A stretch of DNA of 64,000 nucleotides from contig JAEOUG010000027.1 of NCBI GenBank assembly GCA_016839445.1, positions 1 to 64,000 of the forward strand. The letters run 5' to 3'. The DNA is from Candidatus Thorarchaeota archaeon. GTDB taxonomy: Archaea > Asgardarchaeota > Thorarchaeia > Thorarchaeales > Thorarchaeaceae. Made by a program: the position numbers and the translations under genes. Positions within the stretch are counted from its first letter, which is position 1. Each line of letters begins with the position of its first letter. This document shows, in pieces, positions 36,236-46,047 of this stretch. The notes beneath the pieces were generated by a model. It was not told the DNA's origin, did no database searches, and saw only the letters and a program-made list of their open reading frames with translations.

Positions 36236-38710
36236 CTAGGACTTGGGCCTTCGCTGCTTGTAGAACAAGAGCCCAACAATGAGGATGACAGCAGCTGCGG
36301 CTCCAGCAACAACCAGCAACAGCGGGAACTGGCTGGGGGGTGGAAGCACATGGACCGTCACCTCATCCATCGCAGAGTAGCCGTTGTTGTCGTACACCAC
36401 GATCTGGAAGACATATGTTCCACGGGTCAAACCGTCGAGGTCATAGACTACCAGCTCTCCGGACCAGGCTATGTTGACTACCTCGGAGGCATCCTGGTAG
36501 ATAACGTACCTGACCGGGAGCGGGCTCTCTGGATTCCAGGCTATCTCGAACCCAGTTTCGCCTTCCACGAACTCGATGTCAGCAGGCTGATCGATGGTCG
36601 GCCTTATCATGAAGGCAATCTCGTTGATGAACAACTCGTAGTTGTCAGCATAGGTTGAGTTGTCGGTGTCATCGAGATACTCAGAGATGGCAAACAGATT
36701 GCACAGTGCGTTCCCACCGACGCTCAGGACTATGCCGGCCTGACTGCTGTTGTAGGTGGACGTTGCTCCTGCCAAGGCTGTGGCATTGTCCAGAAGGTCT
36801 ACATTTACGAAGTCCGTCGTGAATAGGTCATGACTGGACTCGATTGTAGCTGCACCGTATTCAACAGGCACATTGAACACTGAGTGCCCCTCATCCCACA
36901 GATATATGTCCATAGGACCACTGGTGACATAGCTGTCGGTGCTGTTCCATCCAAGGTAGTTCCACATCGTGTTGTAGGAGCTCGACCTGAAGTACCAGTC
37001 CCTCCAAATCAGCTTGCCGCCTCCCTCCAAGTGACTTCTGATTAGAGTATGTGAGCCAGTAGGTGTGTAGTAGTTTGCATCGATGACCACCAGGCTCCAT
37101 GACTGCATTGACAGACACTCGTTGAACACGGCCAGATTATTGGTCATGAAGTAATCAAGGCCAAGCTCGTTGAGAGCCAGAGCCGCTGGTGACCTGTAGA
37201 AGGTGTAGTCGATTCCAAGTGAACCAGGACCGTCGGTGTAGAGGAGGATATCGGAGCCTCCTGAACAGAGCCAGTTGGCGATACTCTCGGCTAGATCAAC
37301 ATTGTCCTCATAGTCAATGTAGTTGCCGATGAAGTTGATGTCTCCCGCGAGAATCACTCGCCCTTGTCCGACTTCTTGTGCCACTAGCAACTCTTCGTCG
37401 GGTGCATCTAGCCAAATCAGAGTGAAGGCATCGCCCCAAGACTCGACTAAGGATCCTCCACTGAATTCTGCAGATGCCACACCCTCAGTTGCTGGATGAA
37501 GAGTCACGTTTGTGGTGACCTGTTCTAGACTGAAGTCAGTCGTGGTTATGTTCATGTCATAGCCTGCAAGAATCTGCCGGACGTTCTGATTCTGATCTGC
37601 AAATGACTGCCACTCGCCAGCCAGCAGCAGACCACCGCCCTCAGAAACCCACTGGTGAATTGCATTGATTTCGGTAGATGTGTACGCTTCATCAGGAGCA
37701 TTGATGTACAGCATGTCGTATTGCCTGAGGAAAGCCAGTGTCAATGGTCCATCATCAGGATACGCCTTGTCGCAGGTGAATCTGTTTCTCACCCAGTAAT
37801 CCCGCAGCGCAAAGTAGCGTCCTTCACCCGAGTAGCCGGTCGGGTCACCTGCATCAACCGCGTAATACGGGGTGTGTGTCAGGTCAAACAGGACTCGGCC
37901 CTTGGGTCGCATCGCCAGCCAGTCAACCGCTTTAGTCAGCAAATCTGCATCAGGATTGCGGTCGGGATTGTCATCGCCGAATATCTGGACCACTCGTCCA
38001 CCCTGATACTCAGGATCTCGGGCCACGCCGTTCGCCCAATACGTGCCGTCCTGTGCAAGTGTCAAGGTCGTGTACTCAGACGCAGTGGAACATGTCAGCA
38101 GCAAGCTTGTGTTGTAGGCAGCCCAATCGAAGGTGTTTGTGATGGTGGCCCCGACCTCATAGTCCTTAGTCACAGGGTGGCGGTTCGCGATAGTCTGGTA
38201 CGTTGCCCAGACATAGTTCCAATCCTCGCCGTAGTCGTTGGTCCCTTCAGTGTCAGGAACCATGATTCCGAAGTAGTTGATGTAGTTGATTGCCCCATCT
38301 ATGCTTAGTATGCCGCCTCCCCCCAGCCAGTACTGCTTCACGAGCGACGTGATGTTCTCACGAGGGCTGTTGTCAAACATGACGAAGACATCATAGTCAG
38401 CCACCTTCAGGTCGTGGTTCAGAATGTCCTGAAAGGTGAGCGTCACCACTTCATAACCAGCAGCCTCAAGCATCAGCGCAATAGCAGTGATGTTTGTGCT
38501 AGGCATTCCGCCGTGTCCGTAGGCAGGCAGGGTACCATTCGGCTCATCATATATGGCCACACGGATGTCCCGAGGAACTTGTCCTGCGAGTAGGGAGTCA
38601 ACCTGAACCGATTCTGATTGCCCCTCGTTGACATCGCTTGTGGTCACTGGAACGAAGAAAGTCCCAGCAATGAGGAGCACAAGCAATGGTAGGATGTAAG
38701 TCCTTTTCAT
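36236..38710 (-). CDS. Large secreted, membrane-anchored protein with repeated GATase-like (DUF4350-type) domains and an Ig-like stalk
   Basis: Signal peptide; three GGG.L-type motifs (WLGGGGIL, WVSEGGGLL, LEGGGKLI); GRVILAGD; C-terminal TM plus basic tail. Confidence 0.8.
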   Translation of the reverse strand: MKRTYILPLLVLLIAGTFFVPVTTSDVNEGQSESVQVDSLLAGQVPRDIRVAIYDEPNGTLPAYGHGGMPSTNITAIALMLEAAGYEVVTLTFQDILNHDLKVADYDVFVMFDNSPRENITSLVKQYWLGGGGILSIDGAINYINYFGIMVPDTEGTNDYGEDWNYVWATYQTIANRHPVTKDYEVGATITNTFDWAAYNTSLLLTCSTASEYTTLTLAQDGTYWANGVARDPEYQGGRVVQIFGDDNPDRNPDADLLTKAVDWLAMRPKGRVLFDLTHTPYYAVDAGDPTGYSGEGRYFALRDYWVRNRFTCDKAYPDDGPLTLAFLRQYDMLYINAPDEAYTSTEINAIHQWVSEGGGLLLAGEWQSFADQNQNVRQILAGYDMNITTTDFSLEQVTTNVTLHPATEGVASAEFSGGSLVESWGDAFTLIWLDAPDEELLVAQEVGQGRVILAGDINFIGNYIDYEDNVDLAESIANWLCSGGSDILLYTDGPGSLGIDYTFYRSPAALALNELGLDYFMTNNLAVFNECLSMQSWSLVVIDANYYTPTGSHTLIRSHLEGGGKLIWRDWYFRSSSYNTMWNYLGWNSTDSYVTSGPMDIYLWDEGHSVFNVPVEYGAATIESSHDLFTTDFVNVDLLDNATALAGATSTYNSSQAGIVLSVGGNALCNLFAISEYLDDTDNSTYADNYELFINEIAFMIRPTIDQPADIEFVEGETGFEIAWNPESPLPVRYVIYQDASEVVNIAWSGELVVYDLDGLTRGTYVFQIVVYDNNGYSAMDEVTVHVLPPPSQFPLLLVVAGAAAAVILIVGLLFYKQRRPKS

Positions 38711-38896
38711 TCTCTTATCTCCCGAGCGATTCACAGCATGCACTGAATTCCGTCAAGAAGAGTATGGCGCGCGTGTAGAACCGCATCAATTGTACTGACT
38801 GCGTCAGAGCAGGCGCATATAATACTTCTACGTAGTCTCTCCGCCTCGGTCCCGCTCGACCAAAAGGGATATGACAACTTCTATGGCACTTCGCCT

Positions 38897-39565
38897 ATGG
38901 CAAGCTCCGCAGTCAGAAAGGCAATCTACGTTATCGCATTCTATGGGGTCTATTTCAACATCTTTCTGCTTCTGCTCGTACCTTCTATTTACAGCACCAT
39001 CCTGTACGTTTCGTTTCTGGTGGTCTACTACGGAGTTGGCATAATCGACACTGCCGTCAGGCCAGTAACAGAGGAAGACAAGGGGGTCGACAAGTACACT
39101 CGGTACCTTCTCATCTTCTGGCTTCTGCACCCGTTCATATTCACCCTGATGTTCTACGAGAACGCCTACTTCACACAGCTGTATCTTGCTCCGCAGACGG
39201 CCTCAATACTAGCCTGGACGGGACTACTCGTCTATGCGGCTGGAGGACTGATTTCAATAGCCAGTAGGATTCAGCTAGGGAGGCATGGGAGCGGTAGGCT
39301 TGTGCTCCAACAGAATCACGGCTTGGTCACATCTGGCCTCTACACGCGCGTGCGCCACCCCATGTACACAGGAGGATTGATTGGCAGTATCGCCTTCGGC
39401 ATGGTGTTCCGTAGCCTCTTCGTGATGGTTCTAGACGTCGCTGTCTACTTCGTGATATTCCGCCAGCGAATGCAGAGAGAGGAGGAACTCATGGAACAGG
39501 AGTTCGGAGAGGAGTACTTGGACTACAAGAGAAAGACAAGACGTCTTCTTCCGGGCGTCTATTAG
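38897..39565 (+). CDS. ICMT family membrane methyltransferase
   Basis: LVTSGLYTRVRHPMYTG; REEELMEQEFGEEYLDY. Confidence 0.9.
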   Translation: MASSAVRKAIYVIAFYGVYFNIFLLLLVPSIYSTILYVSFLVVYYGVGIIDTAVRPVTEEDKGVDKYTRYLLIFWLLHPFIFTLMFYENAYFTQLYLAPQTASILAWTGLLVYAAGGLISIASRIQLGRHGSGRLVLQQNHGLVTSGLYTRVRHPMYTGGLIGSIAFGMVFRSLFVMVLDVAVYFVIFRQRMQREEELMEQEFGEEYLDYKRKTRRLLPGVY

Positions 39566-39594
39566 CTTGATGTCAGCATAGAACATAGGAGTGC

Positions 39595-39873
39595 ATGGTC
39601 GTAATGGCAGCATATCCAGAGAATCGAAAGGAGTGGGAGGCGTGGCTGGAAACACAGCTTGGCGTGCGGCAAAGTGATGGGAGGAGGCTGTTCCTGAGCG
39701 GCAGATTCCCGATTACAGATCTTGTCGAGTCTTGGCGTCGTGAGTTCACTCCAGAGAGAGGATACAGCCCTGATTTCGTACCGGCACTAATTCGCAACCA
39801 GAAAGGGTTTCTAAAATGGGTCCTTGGGAACGGCCCAGAGCCCAACTGGGCCCGTGATGATAACACTCAGTAG
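39595..39873 (+). CDS. Hypothetical protein
   Basis: 92-aa ORF with a GGAG upstream that fills the gap between genes. Confidence 0.55.
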   Translation: MVVMAAYPENRKEWEAWLETQLGVRQSDGRRLFLSGRFPITDLVESWRREFTPERGYSPDFVPALIRNQKGFLKWVLGNGPEPNWARDDNTQ

Positions 39874-39919
39874 AGTCATCTCATGAGAAGCAGCAAGAGC
39901 GCACCAATCGCTGTCGGTC

Positions 39920-40528
39920 TCAGAGCGTGATCTCAGTTCCCGCGGTGTATGCTGCATCCAAGGCGCCAGTGGCCCACAGCTGGTATCGGTACGTGCCGTG
40001 AACTACACCGTTCGCTGCGACAGTGGCATTACCAAAGACATAGATTGAGGGGATTCCGTTTCCTCCCGAGGTCAGAATCAGAGCAACAGGCTTGCCCTGG
40101 AAGTCGACGCGCTCCAGGTAGCCTAGCATGGCCACATGGGGTTGTCCTCCGTTGGTGGGACTTCCGAGCACAATCAAGTCATAACCCGTTACATTGGTGG
40201 GAGTCTGGGACGAAGTTGTGGTGATGTTGACACGCCAGTCTGAGTCCACTAGGCCTCGGACGAAGGCATTCACGATGTCCTCGTTCCAGCTTGTGACTCC
40301 TGGTCTGAACACGACAAAGACAGTGCCTGTGGCTCCTGCGGGGTTCAGAGTCTGCACATCTCGTATAGTCGCACGGCCGTTGTAAGCAACAACCGCGACG
40401 CTAGTGACAACGAGAGATGCGACAATCACGACGAGCACAATGCTGCAGAGACGTCTCCTCCTCATGGGCTCATCTGGTTTCACCATGACTAATGAATCTT
40501 CAGTCCTTCTTCCATGATCCATAGACAT
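39920..40528 (-). CDS. Membrane-anchored flavodoxin-like protein
   Basis: N-terminal TM after RRRR; YDLIVLGSPT and FQGKPVALILTSGG; the true start may be near 40465. Confidence 0.7.
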   Translation of the reverse strand: MSMDHGRRTEDSLVMVKPDEPMRRRRLCSIVLVVIVASLVVTSVAVVAYNGRATIRDVQTLNPAGATGTVFVVFRPGVTSWNEDIVNAFVRGLVDSDWRVNITTTSSQTPTNVTGYDLIVLGSPTNGGQPHVAMLGYLERVDFQGKPVALILTSGGNGIPSIYVFGNATVAANGVVHGTYRYQLWATGALDAAYTAGTEITL

Positions 40529-41027
40529 ACCAAGTGCGGAACCCGAGGAGTATCACCGTATAGACAAGAACGATGAGGAGGACTCCGCCGTACACAATCT
40601 CCAATGGGAAGAGAAGGGTTACTCCGACCGCGCCAATGAGGAAAATGCCATAGTATTTCCCCACGGGGTCATAGGTCGGTTCTTCTGAAGTGGACGTCGC
40701 AAGGAACAAGGTGAACATGAGAAGGAAGAGAGCCAAGATCCAGATGGGGTAGATATGCGTCAGCACAAAAGCTGCGAAGGAGAACATCACAAGCACGAAG
40801 TCAGCCAGAGGGTCCAGATACGCCTCTATCTTTGATGAAGCAGTGGTGCCCAGCCTTCGTGCGAGCATGCCATCCACTAAGTCTGAGCCAAAGGCAACCG
40901 TGTACAGAATAACAGAAGCCTCGAAGTAGTCTGAAAGGAGTGTGTAGAAGAAGGCAGGTGCAATGCAGAGTCGAACTAGGACTACCACGTACGGGAGCTT
41001 CTGCACTCTGCTCTGATCTTGGCCCAA
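40500..41027 (-). CDS. CDP-alcohol phosphatidyltransferase family
   Basis: SDLVDGMLARR...LDPLAD. Confidence 0.85.
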   Translation of the reverse strand: MGQDQSRVQKLPYVVVLVRLCIAPAFFYTLLSDYFEASVILYTVAFGSDLVDGMLARRLGTTASSKIEAYLDPLADFVLVMFSFAAFVLTHIYPIWILALFLLMFTLFLATSTSEEPTYDPVGKYYGIFLIGAVGVTLLFPLEIVYGGVLLIVLVYTVILLGFRTWYVYGSWKKD

Positions 41028-41157
41028 TTCGCCAGCTCCAGATTGACTACGGTCATGTCATCCTTAAGAATCAGTCACCTATCATGGCTCGCAACTCGTG
41101 GTCTCCGAGAAACGCAAATATGGCTGTGCTTCTTCATGCTACCGCAGACGTGAGTCA

Positions 41158-44100
41158 ATGGAAATCAAGGTCAGAGGAGCAAAGGAGCACAATCTGAAGT
41201 CTGTGGACGTCGACATAGGTGACGGACTGACAGTAGTCACTGGGATATCAGGTTCAGGCAAAACATCGCTTGTCTTTGATACCATGTACCACGAGGCAAG
41301 ACGGAGGTTCTTGGACGTCTTCAGGTCAGGTAGCTCGACAGTCCGTATGCCCCCAGCAGATGTGAAATCGGTGAGTGGCATAGGACCTACAATCGCAATC
41401 GAGCAGAATGTCCTCAACCTCAATCCTATGTCAAGCTTGGCAACAGCTTCCGGACTACATCCATTCCTCAGGCTTCTCTACTCAAGATTCGGCACAAGGC
41501 TCTGTCTTGGGTGCGGTAACAAGCTAAGTGTGCTTCGGGAGGATGAGGTTGTGTCGCTCCTGAGGCAGGACGCAGAAGACAGGGACCTTGAGGTATTTGC
41601 GCCACTCGTAACAGCTGTGAAGGGAAGTCATCGGACGCTGCTGGACCTTCTCGAGAATCAGTTTGGCCGCTCGGCCCTCATCGTAGATGGAAAGCCATAT
41701 GACAGCTCTCCTCTCGACCCGAAGAAGGCCCATGATATCAGAGTGAGAATAGGCGCGCTCGGCCCCAGGTCCAGGATTGCGGATTTCAGAGAGGCAATAG
41801 AAATCTCATCTGTGCTGGGGGCGAACGCGGTGTCGCTCAAGTCAGGAAGCGAAACGAGGGAGTATGCCCTCAGCAACCTCTGTGTGCATTGCGGGAAGTG
41901 GGCTCGAGAAGTCGAACCAAAACACTTCAGGATGGACTGTCCCTACTGCAGGGGCAAGGGCTGCGAGCGATGCTCAGACACTGGGGTTCATCCTCTGGCT
42001 GCATCTGTCAGGTGGGAGGGCAAGACACTCAAGGAACTCCTCGCCCTGACGGTCGAAGAAGCAAGAGACCTCCTCGATGCGTCTCATTTGCCCCCAACTG
42101 CGGCGCGTCTTGTATCAGAGATCGCCAAGAGGCTTCATGCTCTCAGCACAGTGGGTTTAGGCTACCTCCAGCTCGATAGATCCTCTCCCAGTCTTTCGCG
42201 CGGTGAATCGCAGCGAGTCCGACTTGCCGTCTCTCTGACCAGTCGGCTCGAAGACATTGTGCACGTCTTGGACGAACCGACAATTGGCCAGCATCCACAT
42301 GATGTGGCGAACCTGATGCCGTCATTTAGGAGACTGCTTGGACCAGTGGTCTTCGTAGAGCACGATAGACTGGCTGCTTCCTATGCAGACACCGCAGTTG
42401 ACCTCGGGCCGGGAGCGGGACACGCAGGCGGAGAGGTTACGTTTCAAGGGACCCCTGCTGAGCTATGGCGAAGCGACACAACGACTGGACGATACTTCAG
42501 CCTGAGAGAGCGTGTTCCCAGATTCGAGCAACGCGATTACCCGGATGAGTTCATCACCATCAGGTCAGCCTCCCGACACAATCTGAAGGGGATTGATGTG
42601 CGAATCCCCCTGAAACGTCTGACTGTGATTACGGGAACGAGCGGGTCAGGCAAGAGCACCCTGGTTGAGCATGTCCTGGTTCCCTCTCTGCAGAAGAGCA
42701 AGCCGATAGGATGCAAGGCACTAGAAGGCAGAAAGGTCAAGCCAATCATGGTGGACCAGAAACCCGTGGGGAAAAATCCCAGGTCGAACCCAGGAACCTA
42801 CACAAAGCTCTCCGACATGGTTCGAGACCTCTATTCGTCTGAGACTGGCCTATCGGCGTCACACTTCTCATTTAACCGACCTGAAGGGGCATGCACTGGC
42901 TGCAAGGGCATGGGCTCAGTTGAGGTGAAGATGCGGTACCTTCCATCCATCTGGATAACGTGCTCCGACTGCAATGGTCGTAGGTTCAAGGACGAGGTCC
43001 TCGAGTCGCGGGTCAAGTTCGGAGACCACGAGCTGAGTATTGCGGACTTCTATGACCTCTCCATAGGTGAGGTCCGGGATCTACTACGGGACGACAAACG
43101 GCTTCCCGAAGGCAAGAGGAAGGCATCCACGAACATCTTGGATGCACTGAGCACGATTGGACTTGGCTACCTGAAACTGGGCCAGAAATCCCCAAGTCTC
43201 TCGGGAGGAGAATCTCAGAGGATCAAGCTGGCCAAGTTCCTCGGCAAGAAGTCGCTGTCGTCAAGAGTGATAGTACTCGATGAGCCAAGTTCCGGTCTCC
43301 ACGCCGCTGACTTGAGCGGCCTCCTGAAGGTCCTCCACAAGTTGGTTGAGCAAGGAGCGACAGTAGTGGTTGTGGAACACAATACAGACGTGATTCGGTC
43401 TGCGGATTGGGTCGTGGACCTCGGGCCACAGGGAGGGCCAAACGGCGGAGAGGTCCTATACTGTGGCCCAGCCTCTGGTCTTGCTGATGTTGAGGAGTCT
43501 CTAACCGCTCAGGCTCTGGCAGAGGAGGAGAAGCTCAGACCAAGAGGCAGGCCCAAGAGGTCTAACGCCCTCGCTGATGTGATCCGTATCAAGAATGCCA
43601 CCGCGAACAATCTGAAGTCGGTGAGCGTAGACATCAAGAAAGGAAAGATGACAGTGGTCACTGGCCCGTCGGGATCAGGGAAGTCATCATTGATTCGCGA
43701 CGTTCTCCAAGCAGAGGCGGACAGACGCTTTCTGGAGTCGCTGTCGATCTATGAACGACAGGGCATGTCAGAGGGGCCAGAAGCACCCGTTGACACCATA
43801 ACCGGGCTGGGGGTCTCTCTGGCGGTCTCAACCCGAAGAAGAAGAGGAGCTGGATGGTGGGCAGTCTACGAAAGGCGAGCGACTGTAGGAACGGTATCGG
43901 AGGTCTCTAATCAGATAGACGTCCTGTTTGCTGCTCTGGCCAAGAGGGCGTGTCTAGAGTGCGGCGCCGAGATGAAACGGAAGGACAAATGGATTTGTGA
44001 GAAGTGCGGAAGCACTGACACCCTCGATACACCACGAGCCTTCTCCCCTTCAACGTACTATGCCGCCTGCAACGAGTGCAGCGGAGTTGGTTCCAAGAAC

Positions 44101-46047
44101 CAGCCAGTCGTCGAGAAGCTCATCATTGCCCCCGAGAAGCCAATCTGCAAGGGCGCGATGTACTCTCCAGGATACTTCCCGGCGAAGTACTTCTGTGAGC
44201 CAACGAGTGCGGCCTCAGGAAGACTGATTGCTTTGGGGCACAAGTTTGGGTTCGACCCTCAGACGACTCCCTGGCGTGAGATCAGTGAGGAGGGGAAGAG
44301 AGCCTTTCTCTTTGGGGATGATGAGAAGCTTGAGTACACGTACCTTGGTACTCATCGAGGGAAGAGAGCAGAAGTCACAGCAAGGAGTCGCTGGTCGGGC
44401 TTCTTCCGACTGGTAGGCGACTGGGACGTTGGCCAGACCTTCACGGACCGCGTAGCATGCGAAGTATGTGGAGGGACCGGCCTCAAACCGAAGTACCTCA
44501 GTTATAGGATTGCAGGACATGATGTCCACCGTTTGAAGAACAAGACAGTGTCGGCGCTTCTCCAGATTCTAAGAGAGGTAAGGGCCCCTGAAGATGACGT
44601 CTTCTTCGCAGCCGAGAATCTGAGGAGGGCCCTCACGAAGCTGGAGTTTCTCGAGCAGGTCGGTCTCGGATACATCCACCTGAACCAACCGTCTCTATCA
44701 CTCTCTGCAGGAGAAGCTCAGAGAGTGATTCTTGCAGGAATCCTCGGCAGCGGCTTGACCGCTCTGACCGTACTCCTAGACGAGCCTTCTAGAGGCATGC
44801 ACCCATCCGAGGTCGGTGGTCTGGTAAGGGCTCTTGAAGCACTCAGAGACGAAGGCAACACACCCATAGTGGTTGAGCACGACCCTGTGGTGATCCGCGC
44901 GGCCGACGAGCTTATAGACATGGGGCCGGGAGCAGGTGCGGGAGGCGGAAGGGTTGTGGCAATGGGAAGCCCTGAGAGCGTTGCCAAGGCGGCCACGGTC
45001 ACCGGGAGGTGGCTTCGAGGGGAGCGTACCATAGACTACTCGACTGCTATACGAAAACCGGACTTATGGATGACAATCAATGGAGCCAGAGGAAACAATC
45101 TCCAGAACATTACGATAAGGATTCCTTTGGGGGTTCTTGTTGGGTTCTGCGGGGTCTCTGGATCAGGGAAGAGCACACTCATCGTAGACACACTAGCAAG
45201 AGCTCTATCACCCAAGGAGTTCACAACAAGTGTGGCCTACGAGGAAACCGAACCTGAAGCACACGACTCGATTGAGAATGCACCTGAGAGGGTGATTGCC
45301 CTCGACCAGGGCAGGAAGGGAGTTGGGTCTCCAGGCCAGTGGTTGGGAATACTCAGTGGACTTGAGGCAATCTACGCCAGTAGTGCGGATGCAGCGGCCC
45401 TTGGTCTGACCAAGAAAGCTCTCAGCAAGCAGTGTAGCGTGTGCGGGGGTTCAGGGCAAGTACGCACCGAGCTCGGTTTCCTCCCAAGCGTCTATACGCC
45501 ATGCGAGGCCTGTGACGCTAGTGGGAGGTCTCATGAGGCCTGGGGCGTGAGAGTGAAAGGATATGCATTGCCGGAACTCAACAGTCTGACCCTCAGACAG
45601 ATTCACGACCTGTTCAAAGACGATGAGCGGCTTCGGAACATCCTGCAATCTGCACTAGATGTGGGTCTTGGCTATCTTGTCCTCAGACAGCCCTCTTGGG
45701 CGCTCTCAGGAGGGGAGATTCAGAGGCTCAAGATCGCCAAGGAACTTGCGAAGAAGAGCACAGAGACCTCGCTCTTCATTCTTGACGAGCCCACAGTGGG
45801 GCAGAGCCTCGAAGATGTAGCACGACTGATTCACGTGCTGCGTCGGCTTGTTGCAGAAGGACACAGCGTCATCGTCATTGAGCACCATCCCCAACTTCTT
45901 GCAGCATGCGACTGGCTGATTGAGCTTGGCCCGAAGGGAGGGCCTGAAGGCGGCAGAGTAATAGCACAGGCGGAGCCTTCAGCGATTGCGAGGATGACCA
46001 CGCCGACTGCTCCGTTCATCAGAGACGCACTGGAGGGGATGATATGA
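41158..46047 (+). CDS. uvrA: Double-length (tandem) UvrA-like ABC ATPase
   Basis: Four Walker A motifs (GISGSGKT, GTSGSGKS, GPSGSGKS, GVSGSGKS), four LSxGExQR signatures, four LDEP, many CxxC. Confidence 0.92.
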   Translation: MEIKVRGAKEHNLKSVDVDIGDGLTVVTGISGSGKTSLVFDTMYHEARRRFLDVFRSGSSTVRMPPADVKSVSGIGPTIAIEQNVLNLNPMSSLATASGLHPFLRLLYSRFGTRLCLGCGNKLSVLREDEVVSLLRQDAEDRDLEVFAPLVTAVKGSHRTLLDLLENQFGRSALIVDGKPYDSSPLDPKKAHDIRVRIGALGPRSRIADFREAIEISSVLGANAVSLKSGSETREYALSNLCVHCGKWAREVEPKHFRMDCPYCRGKGCERCSDTGVHPLAASVRWEGKTLKELLALTVEEARDLLDASHLPPTAARLVSEIAKRLHALSTVGLGYLQLDRSSPSLSRGESQRVRLAVSLTSRLEDIVHVLDEPTIGQHPHDVANLMPSFRRLLGPVVFVEHDRLAASYADTAVDLGPGAGHAGGEVTFQGTPAELWRSDTTTGRYFSLRERVPRFEQRDYPDEFITIRSASRHNLKGIDVRIPLKRLTVITGTSGSGKSTLVEHVLVPSLQKSKPIGCKALEGRKVKPIMVDQKPVGKNPRSNPGTYTKLSDMVRDLYSSETGLSASHFSFNRPEGACTGCKGMGSVEVKMRYLPSIWITCSDCNGRRFKDEVLESRVKFGDHELSIADFYDLSIGEVRDLLRDDKRLPEGKRKASTNILDALSTIGLGYLKLGQKSPSLSGGESQRIKLAKFLGKKSLSSRVIVLDEPSSGLHAADLSGLLKVLHKLVEQGATVVVVEHNTDVIRSADWVVDLGPQGGPNGGEVLYCGPASGLADVEESLTAQALAEEEKLRPRGRPKRSNALADVIRIKNATANNLKSVSVDIKKGKMTVVTGPSGSGKSSLIRDVLQAEADRRFLESLSIYERQGMSEGPEAPVDTITGLGVSLAVSTRRRRGAGWWAVYERRATVGTVSEVSNQIDVLFAALAKRACLECGAEMKRKDKWICEKCGSTDTLDTPRAFSPSTYYAACNECSGVGSKNQPVVEKLIIAPEKPICKGAMYSPGYFPAKYFCEPTSAASGRLIALGHKFGFDPQTTPWREISEEGKRAFLFGDDEKLEYTYLGTHRGKRAEVTARSRWSGFFRLVGDWDVGQTFTDRVACEVCGGTGLKPKYLSYRIAGHDVHRLKNKTVSALLQILREVRAPEDDVFFAAENLRRALTKLEFLEQVGLGYIHLNQPSLSLSAGEAQRVILAGILGSGLTALTVLLDEPSRGMHPSEVGGLVRALEALRDEGNTPIVVEHDPVVIRAADELIDMGPGAGAGGGRVVAMGSPESVAKAATVTGRWLRGERTIDYSTAIRKPDLWMTINGARGNNLQNITIRIPLGVLVGFCGVSGSGKSTLIVDTLARALSPKEFTTSVAYEETEPEAHDSIENAPERVIALDQGRKGVGSPGQWLGILSGLEAIYASSADAAALGLTKKALSKQCSVCGGSGQVRTELGFLPSVYTPCEACDASGRSHEAWGVRVKGYALPELNSLTLRQIHDLFKDDERLRNILQSALDVGLGYLVLRQPSWALSGGEIQRLKIAKELAKKSTETSLFILDEPTVGQSLEDVARLIHVLRRLVAEGHSVIVIEHHPQLLAACDWLIELGPKGGPEGGRVIAQAEPSAIARMTTPTAPFIRDALEGMI

